Below, one piece after another: positions 1 to 8,361 of a DNA stretch of 64,000 bases; position 1 is the stretch's first letter; each line of letters starts with the position of its first letter. The DNA is from Longimicrobiales bacterium (GTDB lineage Bacteria > Gemmatimonadota > Gemmatimonadetes > Longimicrobiales > Gaopeijiaceae): assembly GCA_041690395.1 (NCBI GenBank), contig JAWLHJ010000005.1:192001-256000 (forward strand), written 5' to 3'. Below the pieces are notes generated by a model. It did no database searches and was not told the origin of the DNA. It saw nothing but the letters and a program-made list of their open reading frames with translations. The position numbers and the translations under genes are program-made.

Positions 1-911
1 CGGAGCACCGCCTTACGCGGAGCATCCTCGAGGGTACGACGCTCCACCTGATTCCGATGCTCAACCCGGACGGGGCCGAGCGCTTTCAGCGCCGGAACGC
101 GCAGGGCGTGGACGTGAACCGGGACGCTCGCCGACTGGTGACACCCGAGGGACGGGCGCTCAAGGCGGCGCACGACGCATTCCAGCCCGACTTCGGCTTC
201 AACCTGCACGACCAGGATCCGGCCATCCGGGTCGGCAACTCCGATCGGCAGGCCGCCATCGCGCTCCTGGCTCCCGCCTTCAACGAGGCGCGGGGCGTCA
301 ACGATCGGCGCCGGGCCGCCATGCAGGTGGCCTCCCTTCTGGTCGACGCGGTGGAGCCGCTGGTCGGTGATCACGTGGCCCGCTACGACGACACTTTCAA
401 CGCCAGGGCCTTCGGCGATCTCATGGCGGCCTGGGGGACGAGCACCGTCCTCATCGAGAGCGGGGGGTGGGCCGAGGATCCGCAGAAGCAACACCTCCGG
501 CGGACGAACTTCGTGGCGCTCGTCACCGCGCTGGACGCTATCGCCACCGGGCGCTACCAGGCGTACGGGACGGACCTCTATGAAGGGTTGGCCTTCAACG
601 GACGGAGGGTGCCGGATCTCCTCCTCGAGGGTGGAACGGTGGTCGTGCCGGGGCTGCCGCCCCTCCGAGCCGACGTCATGGTGAACTACGACCGTCCCCT
701 TCTGGAGGAGGGCGGCGTCATCTCCGACGTGGGGGATCTCGGCGGATACGAGGCCCAGGACACCCTCGACGTCTCCGGGCTGTATCTCATCGCCGACCCT
801 GAGGCTCTGGACGCGACCGGCGCGATCGGGCCCGGGATGCCCGCCCACTTCACGGTGGCGGAAGACCTCGCGGGAGAACGGGTCCGGTTCCGGTTCCGGG
901 GAGGACGTTAG
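1..911 (+). CDS. M14 zinc carboxypeptidase family protein (5' end outside window)
   Basis: Frame is open from position 3 (EHRLTRSILEGTTLHLIPMLNPDG); M14 motifs NPDG, RRNAQGVDVNRD, NLHDQ, LIESGG. Confidence 0.85.
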   Translation, partial: EHRLTRSILEGTTLHLIPMLNPDGAERFQRRNAQGVDVNRDARRLVTPEGRALKAAHDAFQPDFGFNLHDQDPAIRVGNSDRQAAIALLAPAFNEARGVNDRRRAAMQVASLLVDAVEPLVGDHVARYDDTFNARAFGDLMAAWGTSTVLIESGGWAEDPQKQHLRRTNFVALVTALDAIATGRYQAYGTDLYEGLAFNGRRVPDLLLEGGTVVVPGLPPLRADVMVNYDRPLLEEGGVISDVGDLGGYEAQDTLDVSGLYLIADPEALDATGAIGPGMPAHFTVAEDLAGERVRFRFRGGR

Positions 912-927
912 GACGTTCGCTCGTCGC

Positions 928-954
928 TGTCGAATGCCCCGGGTCTCGCTCGAC
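928..954 (+). promoter_or_regulatory. Putative ECF42-type sigma promoter (TGTCGA-N17-CGAC)
   Basis: TGTCGA at 928-933 and CGAC at 951-954, just upstream of a DGPF/YciI gene, the known target class of ECF42. Confidence 0.6.
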
Positions 955-997
955 AATGGGGTGAGATCGAAACGGAATCCCCATGCGAGGAGGAACT

Positions 998-1366
998 GTG
1001 AAGTACTTGTGTCTGGCTTGCGGCGATGAATCGGCCTGGGAGAAGCTGACCGAGGAACAACAGCAGGAGTACGTGGCCCGCTGCCGGGTGCATGATGAGG
1101 AGCTGGCCGCGAATGAGCGCGTCGGGCTCTACGCCGGCCTGTCGGAAGGCGGCCGGATCGTGCGAACGCGCGGGGGCAAGCCCGTGGTGACGGACGGTCC
1201 GTTCGTAGAGTCCAAGGAGATCGGCGGCGTGTTTGTCGTGGAGGCGGACGATGTGGACGAAGCGGTCCGCATCGCTTCGCTCCATCCCGCGGCGCGCATG
1301 GGGGAGGAACTCGGGTGGTACGTGGCCGTGCGGCCGCTGTTCATACCGGAGGCGGGGCGGCCCTGA
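998..1366 (+). CDS. YciI/DGPF-domain protein
   Basis: VVTDGPFVESKEIGGVFVVEA and C-terminal VAVRP; GAGGAGG RBS before GTG 998 (alternative ATG 983). Confidence 0.85.
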   Translation: MKYLCLACGDESAWEKLTEEQQQEYVARCRVHDEELAANERVGLYAGLSEGGRIVRTRGGKPVVTDGPFVESKEIGGVFVVEADDVDEAVRIASLHPAARMGEELGWYVAVRPLFIPEAGRP

Positions 1367-1730
1367 CGGTGTGCGGGCGGCCTTCGGCCGACCGTCGACC
1401 GAGTCGTTGCACGGGCTCGGCCGCACCCTGACCCATGAGATGGGCCACTACCTGGGCCTTCTGCATCCGTGGGGGAGGGGTGACTGCGACACCAACGACT
1501 TCTGCGCCGATACGCCCGCGATGTCGGAGTCCGTCCTGGGGTGCCCGGTCGACCCGCCTCTGGGCTGCGGGGGCGTGCCCGTCATGATCGAGAACTACAT
1601 GGGGTGGTCCGCCGACTCGTGCATGAGCACGTTCACGAAGGACCAGATCGCTCGAATGCGTCATGTCCTGGAGCACAGCCCGCGCCGGAGCGACCTCGCG
1701 CGTTCACCGGGGCTGGTGCGTGCGCCGTAG
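1365..1730 (+). pseudogene. C-terminal fragment of an M43 (ulilysin/pappalysin-like) metalloprotease
   Basis: GRTLTHEMGHYLGLLH (HExxHxxGxxH), DFCADTP, Met-turn NYM, FTKDQIARM; about 120 aa only, with no signal peptide or N-terminal half. Confidence 0.7.
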
Positions 1731-1861
1731 GCGCGAGGTGTGGGCCGCGCGCCCAGGCGCTGGCGCTCGTCGGTGACCTGCATCACCTTCCTTGACTGAA
1801 GTCTCCGGCGTGCCGAAAGCCGCCGGGATGGCGGGGAATCTCGACAAGGGACGGTTGCGGC

Positions 1862-3553
1862 ATGGGACGATCGGGGGGGTGGTGGCGTTGCGGGGGCAGG
1901 TTGGCCGCGTGTGCGCTCGGGATGGTGGTCACGGCGACTCCGGGGGCGACGGGTCCGGTCGCGGCGCAGGACACCGGCACGTACCTGGATTACGAGGCGC
2001 TGACGTCGGCTGTGCGAGGCCTGGAAGGCGATCTCGTCCGTGTGTCGAGCCTGACGACATCGAACGCCGGGCGCGACATCTGGCTCCTGACGTTGGGGTC
2101 CGCGGAGGGACGGCCGCTCGACCAGCGCCCGGCGCTCCTCGTCGTGGCGAACCTGGAGGCCAACCGGGTCGCGGGGTCGCACGCCGCCCTCCGTTTCGTC
2201 GAGCGGCTCGCGGCGGGGTACGGCGCCGACCCCGATGTGACCGCCCTGCTGGATACCCGCACTGTCTACGTGGTCCCGCGCGCGAACCCGGACGGCGCCG
2301 AGCTCGTGTTCACCCTTCCCGGCATCGAGACCCCGTACAAGCCGTTCCAGGGGAACGCCGACGCCGGCGGCCTCAATGCCCGTGAGCTCGGTCGCGACCT
2401 GAACGGTGACGGGCTCGTGACGACCATGCGCGTGTCCCGTGCCGGCGGCGCGATGATGGCCGATCCGGACGATCCGCGGCTCGTCCGCGAGGCCGAGCGG
2501 ACACGCGCCGAGCGCGGCGCCTACGACATCATGCCGGAGGGGATCCATCCCGACAGCCTGGACGCCTATGTGCCGCTCGGTGGGGACGGGGTGAATCTCA
2601 ACCTGAACTTCCAGCACGAGTACCAGTACTTCGAGCCGCACGTGGGCCCGCACATGATCAGCGAGCCCGAGTCGAGGGCTCTGGCGGACTTCGTGTTCGA
2701 ACATCCGAACGTGGCCGCCGTGCTCGTCTGGTCGGCGTTCGACAATCTGCGCTCACCCACACCGGCGAACCGCACACCGCCGCCCGCCGTCACGGGGAAC
2801 CCTCCCGAGGTGCCGACGAACCTGGCCGAGGGCGACCGGCCCTACTTCGAGTATGTGAGTGAGCAGTTCCGTGAGATCACCGGGCTGAGCGGGGACGGTG
2901 CGCCGGACGAGGGCGGCTCCTTCCCGCAGTTCACGTACTACCAGATGGGCCTCCCCACCTTCACGACCCCGGTCTGGGCGCCGCCCGAGGGTGCAGGGAG
3001 CACCGATGCGCGCTGGCTCGCGCTCTTCGATTCGGTCGGCGTCGACGGCCACGTTGCATGGACGCCGGCGAGTCACCCTCAGCTCGGAGAGGTCGAGGTG
3101 GGAGGCTTCGTGCCGAACGCCCGAGTCAACCCTCCCGCCTCCGAGCTCGACGGCCTGCTCGAGCGCCACACGGATTTCGCGCTCTGGTTGGCCGGGCGGC
3201 TCCCGGAGGTGGAGGTGGTCGAGACGACCGTCGAGCCGCGCGGGGAAGGCGTCTGGAGCGTGGCGCTGACGCTCACGAACGAGGGTTACTTCCCCACCCA
3301 GCTCGAGCTCGCGGAGCGGATCCGCTTCAACCGGCCGATCAACGCGCGTCTGATGCCCGCCTCCGGCGTGACGGTCCTCAGCGAGGACGTCCAGCATCAG
3401 TTGCCACGCATCGACGGGATGGGCGGGACCGCGGACTTCAGCTGGCTGATCACCGCTCCCGCCGGGACCGAGGTGGCGATCGAGGTGTTCGCCGAGAGGG
3501 CCGGAGGTCTGATCACCATTCCGGTGACGTTGAGCGCGGGGGACGACCGATGA
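1862..3553 (+). CDS. Secreted M14 carboxypeptidase-like protein with degenerate active site
   Basis: Signal peptide (VAAQ), GRDIW, VVPRANPDG, VNLNLNF, SEPESRA; HxxE replaced by EANR. Confidence 0.85.
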   Translation: MGRSGGWWRCGGRLAACALGMVVTATPGATGPVAAQDTGTYLDYEALTSAVRGLEGDLVRVSSLTTSNAGRDIWLLTLGSAEGRPLDQRPALLVVANLEANRVAGSHAALRFVERLAAGYGADPDVTALLDTRTVYVVPRANPDGAELVFTLPGIETPYKPFQGNADAGGLNARELGRDLNGDGLVTTMRVSRAGGAMMADPDDPRLVREAERTRAERGAYDIMPEGIHPDSLDAYVPLGGDGVNLNLNFQHEYQYFEPHVGPHMISEPESRALADFVFEHPNVAAVLVWSAFDNLRSPTPANRTPPPAVTGNPPEVPTNLAEGDRPYFEYVSEQFREITGLSGDGAPDEGGSFPQFTYYQMGLPTFTTPVWAPPEGAGSTDARWLALFDSVGVDGHVAWTPASHPQLGEVEVGGFVPNARVNPPASELDGLLERHTDFALWLAGRLPEVEVVETTVEPRGEGVWSVALTLTNEGYFPTQLELAERIRFNRPINARLMPASGVTVLSEDVQHQLPRIDGMGGTADFSWLITAPAGTEVAIEVFAERAGGLITIPVTLSAGDDR

Positions 3554-5415
3554 GCAAGGCACCGAGCAGGCACGGAGAGACGAAGGTGACGACGGGCAAC
3601 GGCACGACGAGATCCGGCGGTGGGTCGCGGAAGGGAACCCGCACGCGCTTCGGGACGGCGGCCGCCATCGTGCTCACAGGAGCGCTCGCTCTTCCGGTCG
3701 CGGGACCGGCGCAGGCGGCTGCGCAGACCGGCGGGTCGGGCATGTTCGCCTTCCCGGACCGCGAGCCTCGCGTCGGGCTCCGCTTCGACCGCTACTACGA
3801 CCACGACGACCTCCGCGACGCTCTGGAACGGCTCGAAGAGGCGTACGGTGACTTCCTCACCGTGGAAGTCGCGGGACGCTCCGGGGAGGACCGCGAGATC
3901 TGGGCGGTCACCATCAACAACTCCGACACGGGGCCGCACACGTCGAAGGCCGCGTTCTACGTCGACGGCAACATCCACGGGAACGAGATCCAGGGGCTCG
4001 AGGTCAACCTGTACCTGATCTGGTTCCTGATGGAGAACTACGACCATCTGCCGGCGGTGCGGGAGCTGGTCGACCGGCGGGTCTTCTACATCATCCCCAC
4101 GATGAACCCCGACGGGCGCCAGAATTTCCTGGATACGGGTGGTCCGTCCCGGTCCGGCATGCTCCCGTGGGACTCGGACCTGGACGGCCGGGCCAACGAG
4201 GACAACCCTGACGACCTCGACGGCGACGGCGAGATCCGGATGATGCGGAAGCACGTGCCCGGCGAGGGGAACATGGTCGTGAGCGACCTCGATCCGCGTC
4301 TGCTGGTGCCTGCGCCGGAGGGCGAGCGGGGCGATTACATCATGCTCGGGCCCGAGGCGCTGGACTCGGACGGCGACGGCCGGCGCGCCGAGGACGCGCG
4401 CGGTGGCTACGACATGAACCGCGACTTCCCCTCGGACTGGCAGCCGTCCCACGTTCAGGGGGGCGCCTATCGCTACCCGTTCTCGTGGCCCGAGACGCGG
4501 ACGGTGGGGGACTGGCTCAAGGGCCATCCGAACATCGCGGCGGCGCAGTCGTGGCATAACTCGGGAGGCATGATCCTGTACGGCCCGGGCTCACGCTACT
4601 ACAAGGGAAGCGGAGAGTACTCGGACCGCGACGCGGAGATCTACGAGTACATCGGCACTCGCGGCGAGCTCATGCTCCCGCATTACCGCTACATGAACAT
4701 CTGGCGGGACCTCTACACGGTGTACGGCGGCACCCTCGACTGGGCGCACGACGCGCTCGGGGTCATCAGCTTCACCAACGAGCTCTGGTCGAACAACCAG
4801 TTCTACGGGCCCGCGTGGGACGAGGACGCCCCGCTCCCCGACGACATGCAGCAGCTCTTCTTCAGCGACCGCCTGGGGATGGGCGCGTGGTTCAAGGACT
4901 GGGAGCCGTACGAGCACCCGACCCTCGGCGAGGTCGAGATCGGAGGTTTCTCGTCCAGGTGGTTCGGGCGTACCACCCCGCCGTTCATGCTACAGGAGCT
5001 CGCGCACAGGAACGCCATGTTCGCGCTCTTCCACGCGGACCACATGCCGCTGCTGGCGTGGGGCGACGTCGAGGTCGAGCGGCTGGGCGGGAGCACGTTC
5101 AAGGTCACGGCGTCGATCCGGAACGACCGGGTGATTCCCACTCGGAGCGACGCTGCGCGGATGTACCGGGCCGGGCTCCCCGACCGGTTCTCGCTCTCGG
5201 GGGCGACGGTCCAGACCGGTGGGCTCGCCGTGGGCGAGCTCGGGGACCGCATCGACGTGGTGGACGGCGACGCTTCGACGCTGCACATCGAGGGCGGCGT
5301 CCCCGGGTTCGGAGACGTCACGGCGAGCTGGATCGTGACGGGCGGTGGTGAGGTGACGCTGACCTACGTGAGCCAGAAGGGCGGGACCCACACCACCACG
5401 GTATCGCTCAACTGA
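3550..5415 (+). CDS. Secreted M14 zinc carboxypeptidase
   Basis: ATGA overlap with upstream stop; NIHGNE, MNPDG, DMNRDF, SWHN, FTNELW; DxDxDG loops. Confidence 0.9.
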   Translation: MSKAPSRHGETKVTTGNGTTRSGGGSRKGTRTRFGTAAAIVLTGALALPVAGPAQAAAQTGGSGMFAFPDREPRVGLRFDRYYDHDDLRDALERLEEAYGDFLTVEVAGRSGEDREIWAVTINNSDTGPHTSKAAFYVDGNIHGNEIQGLEVNLYLIWFLMENYDHLPAVRELVDRRVFYIIPTMNPDGRQNFLDTGGPSRSGMLPWDSDLDGRANEDNPDDLDGDGEIRMMRKHVPGEGNMVVSDLDPRLLVPAPEGERGDYIMLGPEALDSDGDGRRAEDARGGYDMNRDFPSDWQPSHVQGGAYRYPFSWPETRTVGDWLKGHPNIAAAQSWHNSGGMILYGPGSRYYKGSGEYSDRDAEIYEYIGTRGELMLPHYRYMNIWRDLYTVYGGTLDWAHDALGVISFTNELWSNNQFYGPAWDEDAPLPDDMQQLFFSDRLGMGAWFKDWEPYEHPTLGEVEIGGFSSRWFGRTTPPFMLQELAHRNAMFALFHADHMPLLAWGDVEVERLGGSTFKVTASIRNDRVIPTRSDAARMYRAGLPDRFSLSGATVQTGGLAVGELGDRIDVVDGDASTLHIEGGVPGFGDVTASWIVTGGGEVTLTYVSQKGGTHTTTVSLN

Positions 5416-5431
5416 CGGTCCGCCGCCGTCC

Positions 5432-7822
5432 TCAGCGCCGCCGTCCGCCGCCCCGCACCGCCCCGCCGCCGCCGAAGGCGTACGACACGCTGAAACGCAC
5501 GCTGCGAGCGCTCTCCGAGCTGCGTCCGATCTGGACGTGCGTCAGGTCGCGCGTCTCGAACGACGTTTCCTGGAGGCCGAGAGGATCCTCGAACGCCATA
5601 CGGAGTGACGCGCGGCGATCGAGGAACCGGTAACGGAGGCCGAAGTCCGTGGAGACACGGGCGTCGGAGCGACCCTGCGGAAGGTCGACGGCCGGGAAGT
5701 AGCTGAAGCGCCCCTCGACGCTGAGCTCCTCGGTCACGACGGCTTCGAGGTTGGCGCGCGTCTGCCACCGGAGGGAGCTTCCCGAGTAGCGCTCGGCCAG
5801 GTTGCTGGCGTCGCGGACCGTCCGGTCGGCGCCCAGGCGCACGAAGCCGTTGATGCGGTTCCCGCGCGGGAGCCACGCGGTGAGCGAAGCGCCGTAGCGC
5901 TCCTCGGAGGTCACGTTGTCCCAGGAGCGTGTGGACACACCGTCCGCGTCCACCGTGGTGAGCTCCGCCCAACCGCCGTCGCTCCGTCGGTAGTACGGAG
6001 AGAGCCTGAGCCGCCCGACCGAGGTCGACCAGGTCGCGTGCAGGCTCACCGAGTGCGTGTACTCGGGTGCGATGTCCGGGTTGCCGACCCTGCGGTTCAG
6101 CGGGTCGGTGGACCGGTCGATGGGGTTCAGCACCGACGGCGACGGACGACCGATCCGGCGCGAGTAGGATAGCCGCAGCTGCCTGCTGTCGTCGATGCGC
6201 GCGGACAGGCTCGCGCTCGGGAAGAGGCTGAAGTAGTCGTTGTCGAACACGTCGCCGGCCGGGATCTCGAAGCGGGTGTCGGCGTGCTCGCCCCGCAGCC
6301 CCACCTGTACGCCGACGGATCCGAGCTGGCGCTGGACTGTGAAGTAGAGCGAGTTGAACGTCTGCCGGTGGTCGAAGCCGAGCTCGGTCACGTCCGGAGC
6401 GGCCTGCCCTTCGTTGGCCAGCTCGAGGAAACGCTCGCTGCCGGTGTCGTCCGATTCGAAGCGGTACCCGACCTCGAAGCGGCCGTCCTCGCTCCATGGG
6501 CGGACGTAGTCGACGTCGAGCCGGATCTCACGCTCGCGCTCCTGCTCGTCCTCGATCGTCAACTCGGCCGGGAGGGGGTCGCCCGGATCCAACAGCAACG
6601 GATCGAGCTCCTCGCGCGTCTCCTCGCCGTTCCGTCCCGCATCGAGCTCCAACTCGACCTCGAACTCGTGGCGCCTCCGCTCCCACTCGTAGGTGAAGCC
6701 CGTGCCGACGCGTCCCGACCAGCTCCCGGCATCGAGCGTGTTCAGCCTTCGGTACGATGACGTAGGGTCGCGAGCGGCGTCCTGGTGGATCGTCTGCGAC
6801 TGCCCTTCCGAACCGTCGTCGCTTCCCCGGAGCCGTCCCTGGACCCAGAAGCGCGCGCGCTCGGTGGGCTGGTACTCGATCTCGAGATCGCCGTTGGCCG
6901 AAGTGCCGGTGCGATGGGAGCTCGACTCCTGCTCGAGGAACGTCGTCGGGTCGGCGATGAGGTTTTGCCGCAGGTCGAAAGAAGAGCTCTCCCGGTCGGT
7001 GCGGCTTCCGTCGACCCCGCCACTCACCGTCCACGGTCCGCGCTGGAGCGTGGCCCTTGCCCCGACTCCGGCCTGACCACGCGTGCCGCCGTTCGCGAAC
7101 GCGACCCCGGTCATACCGAGCTCGACGCCCTCCCGGAGCACGATGTTCACGATGCCGCCGGTGCCCTGCGCTCCGTAGCGGGCGGACGGGTTGTCGATCA
7201 CCTCGACGCGCTCGATGTGATCGGAGGGGAATTGCTCGAGGAAGGCGGTGAGCGAGAGACCGGCCATCGGGGCGGGACGACCGTCGATGTAGATCTCGGT
7301 CGGAGAGCCGTTCATCGAGACCTGGCCGTCCAGATCGACGTCGAGCTCCGGCATGGCGCGGAGGAGCTCCGACGCGGCCGTGCCCTGGGCCGAGGGCATT
7401 GCGGTGATGTCGTACGAAGTCCGGTCGGCCTCGAAGGTCACGGCGGCGCGCTCGGCGGTGACGGAGAGCGCTTCGAGCTCGAGTGCGGCGATGGTGAGCT
7501 CGACCGTGCCGAGATCGTGTCGTGCGCCCGGCTCGACGGCGAACGCATCGGTGACGGTCGAGCCGTAGGCGAGACTGCTGACCCGGAGTCGGTACCGGTC
7601 GGGCGTCACGCCGACGAAGAGCACACGTCCCGCAGCGTTGGTCACGCCACGTCGGATGTCGGTGGTGTCCTCCAGGAGCTCGAGAATCACCGACGCCCCC
7701 CCGATCGGCTCGCCGCTGCTCGCGTCGCGCAGCATTCCCGTGACCTCGCCAGGCTGCTGGGCGGAGGCGCCCGCGGCGGCGACGGCGAGGGCCAGAAACA
7801 CGACGGAGATGGGTCGGAGCAT
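5432..7822 (-). CDS. TonB-dependent receptor / outer-membrane beta-barrel protein
   Basis: Signal peptide, N-terminal carboxypeptidase-regulatory-like domain, plug motif IERVEVIDNPSARYGAQGTGGIVNIVL, GNPDIAPEY, C-terminal VSYAF. Confidence 0.85.
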   Translation of the reverse strand: MLRPISVVFLALAVAAAGASAQQPGEVTGMLRDASSGEPIGGASVILELLEDTTDIRRGVTNAAGRVLFVGVTPDRYRLRVSSLAYGSTVTDAFAVEPGARHDLGTVELTIAALELEALSVTAERAAVTFEADRTSYDITAMPSAQGTAASELLRAMPELDVDLDGQVSMNGSPTEIYIDGRPAPMAGLSLTAFLEQFPSDHIERVEVIDNPSARYGAQGTGGIVNIVLREGVELGMTGVAFANGGTRGQAGVGARATLQRGPWTVSGGVDGSRTDRESSSFDLRQNLIADPTTFLEQESSSHRTGTSANGDLEIEYQPTERARFWVQGRLRGSDDGSEGQSQTIHQDAARDPTSSYRRLNTLDAGSWSGRVGTGFTYEWERRRHEFEVELELDAGRNGEETREELDPLLLDPGDPLPAELTIEDEQEREREIRLDVDYVRPWSEDGRFEVGYRFESDDTGSERFLELANEGQAAPDVTELGFDHRQTFNSLYFTVQRQLGSVGVQVGLRGEHADTRFEIPAGDVFDNDYFSLFPSASLSARIDDSRQLRLSYSRRIGRPSPSVLNPIDRSTDPLNRRVGNPDIAPEYTHSVSLHATWSTSVGRLRLSPYYRRSDGGWAELTTVDADGVSTRSWDNVTSEERYGASLTAWLPRGNRINGFVRLGADRTVRDASNLAERYSGSSLRWQTRANLEAVVTEELSVEGRFSYFPAVDLPQGRSDARVSTDFGLRYRFLDRRASLRMAFEDPLGLQETSFETRDLTHVQIGRSSESARSVRFSVSYAFGGGGAVRGGGRRR

Positions 7823-8024
7823 GCTCGAGATCTGTTCGGGCTGGGGCCCCGTGATGGAGCCGGAGGTCGGCGAAGATCGCGCTGTCTCGGTGCTTCCTGG
7901 ACGCGCGACTCCTCGGATTCGTTAGGCTGGCGGCCGAGCCCGGACGTATCCCTTGACGAGCGAGGGGTGTGTGCGATACCTATTTGGCGTAGGGGTGGAC
8001 CCATCCGAATGCCATGAGGCGACC

Positions 8025-8360
8025 ATGGGCGGCAGCGATCTTTTCACCGGCACGCTGGACATCCTCGTCCTGCGCACGGTCCAACCCGGACCGCTCCACG
8101 GCTACGCGATCGGCAAGGCGTTGCGCGACCGGAGCGATGGCGTGCTCAGCGTCGAGGAGGGCGCGCTCTATCCGGCGCTCCACCGGCTCCAGCGGCGCGG
8201 CCTGCTGGAGGCCGTCTGGGGAAAGACCGACACGGGGCGCCGCGCGAAATTCTACCGGTTGAGCGACGCGGGCCGGGCGCACCTCGACGAGGAGACGGCG
8301 CGCTGGCGCGAGTACTCCGGCGCCGTCGGGGCGATCCTGGACGGGGCCGGGGAGGCGTGA
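8025..8360 (+). CDS. PadR family transcriptional regulator
   Basis: GTLDILVL, HGYAI, EEGALYPALHRL, RRAKFYRL. Confidence 0.92.
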   Translation: MGGSDLFTGTLDILVLRTVQPGPLHGYAIGKALRDRSDGVLSVEEGALYPALHRLQRRGLLEAVWGKTDTGRRAKFYRLSDAGRAHLDEETARWREYSGAVGAILDGAGEA

Positions 8361-8361
8361 C

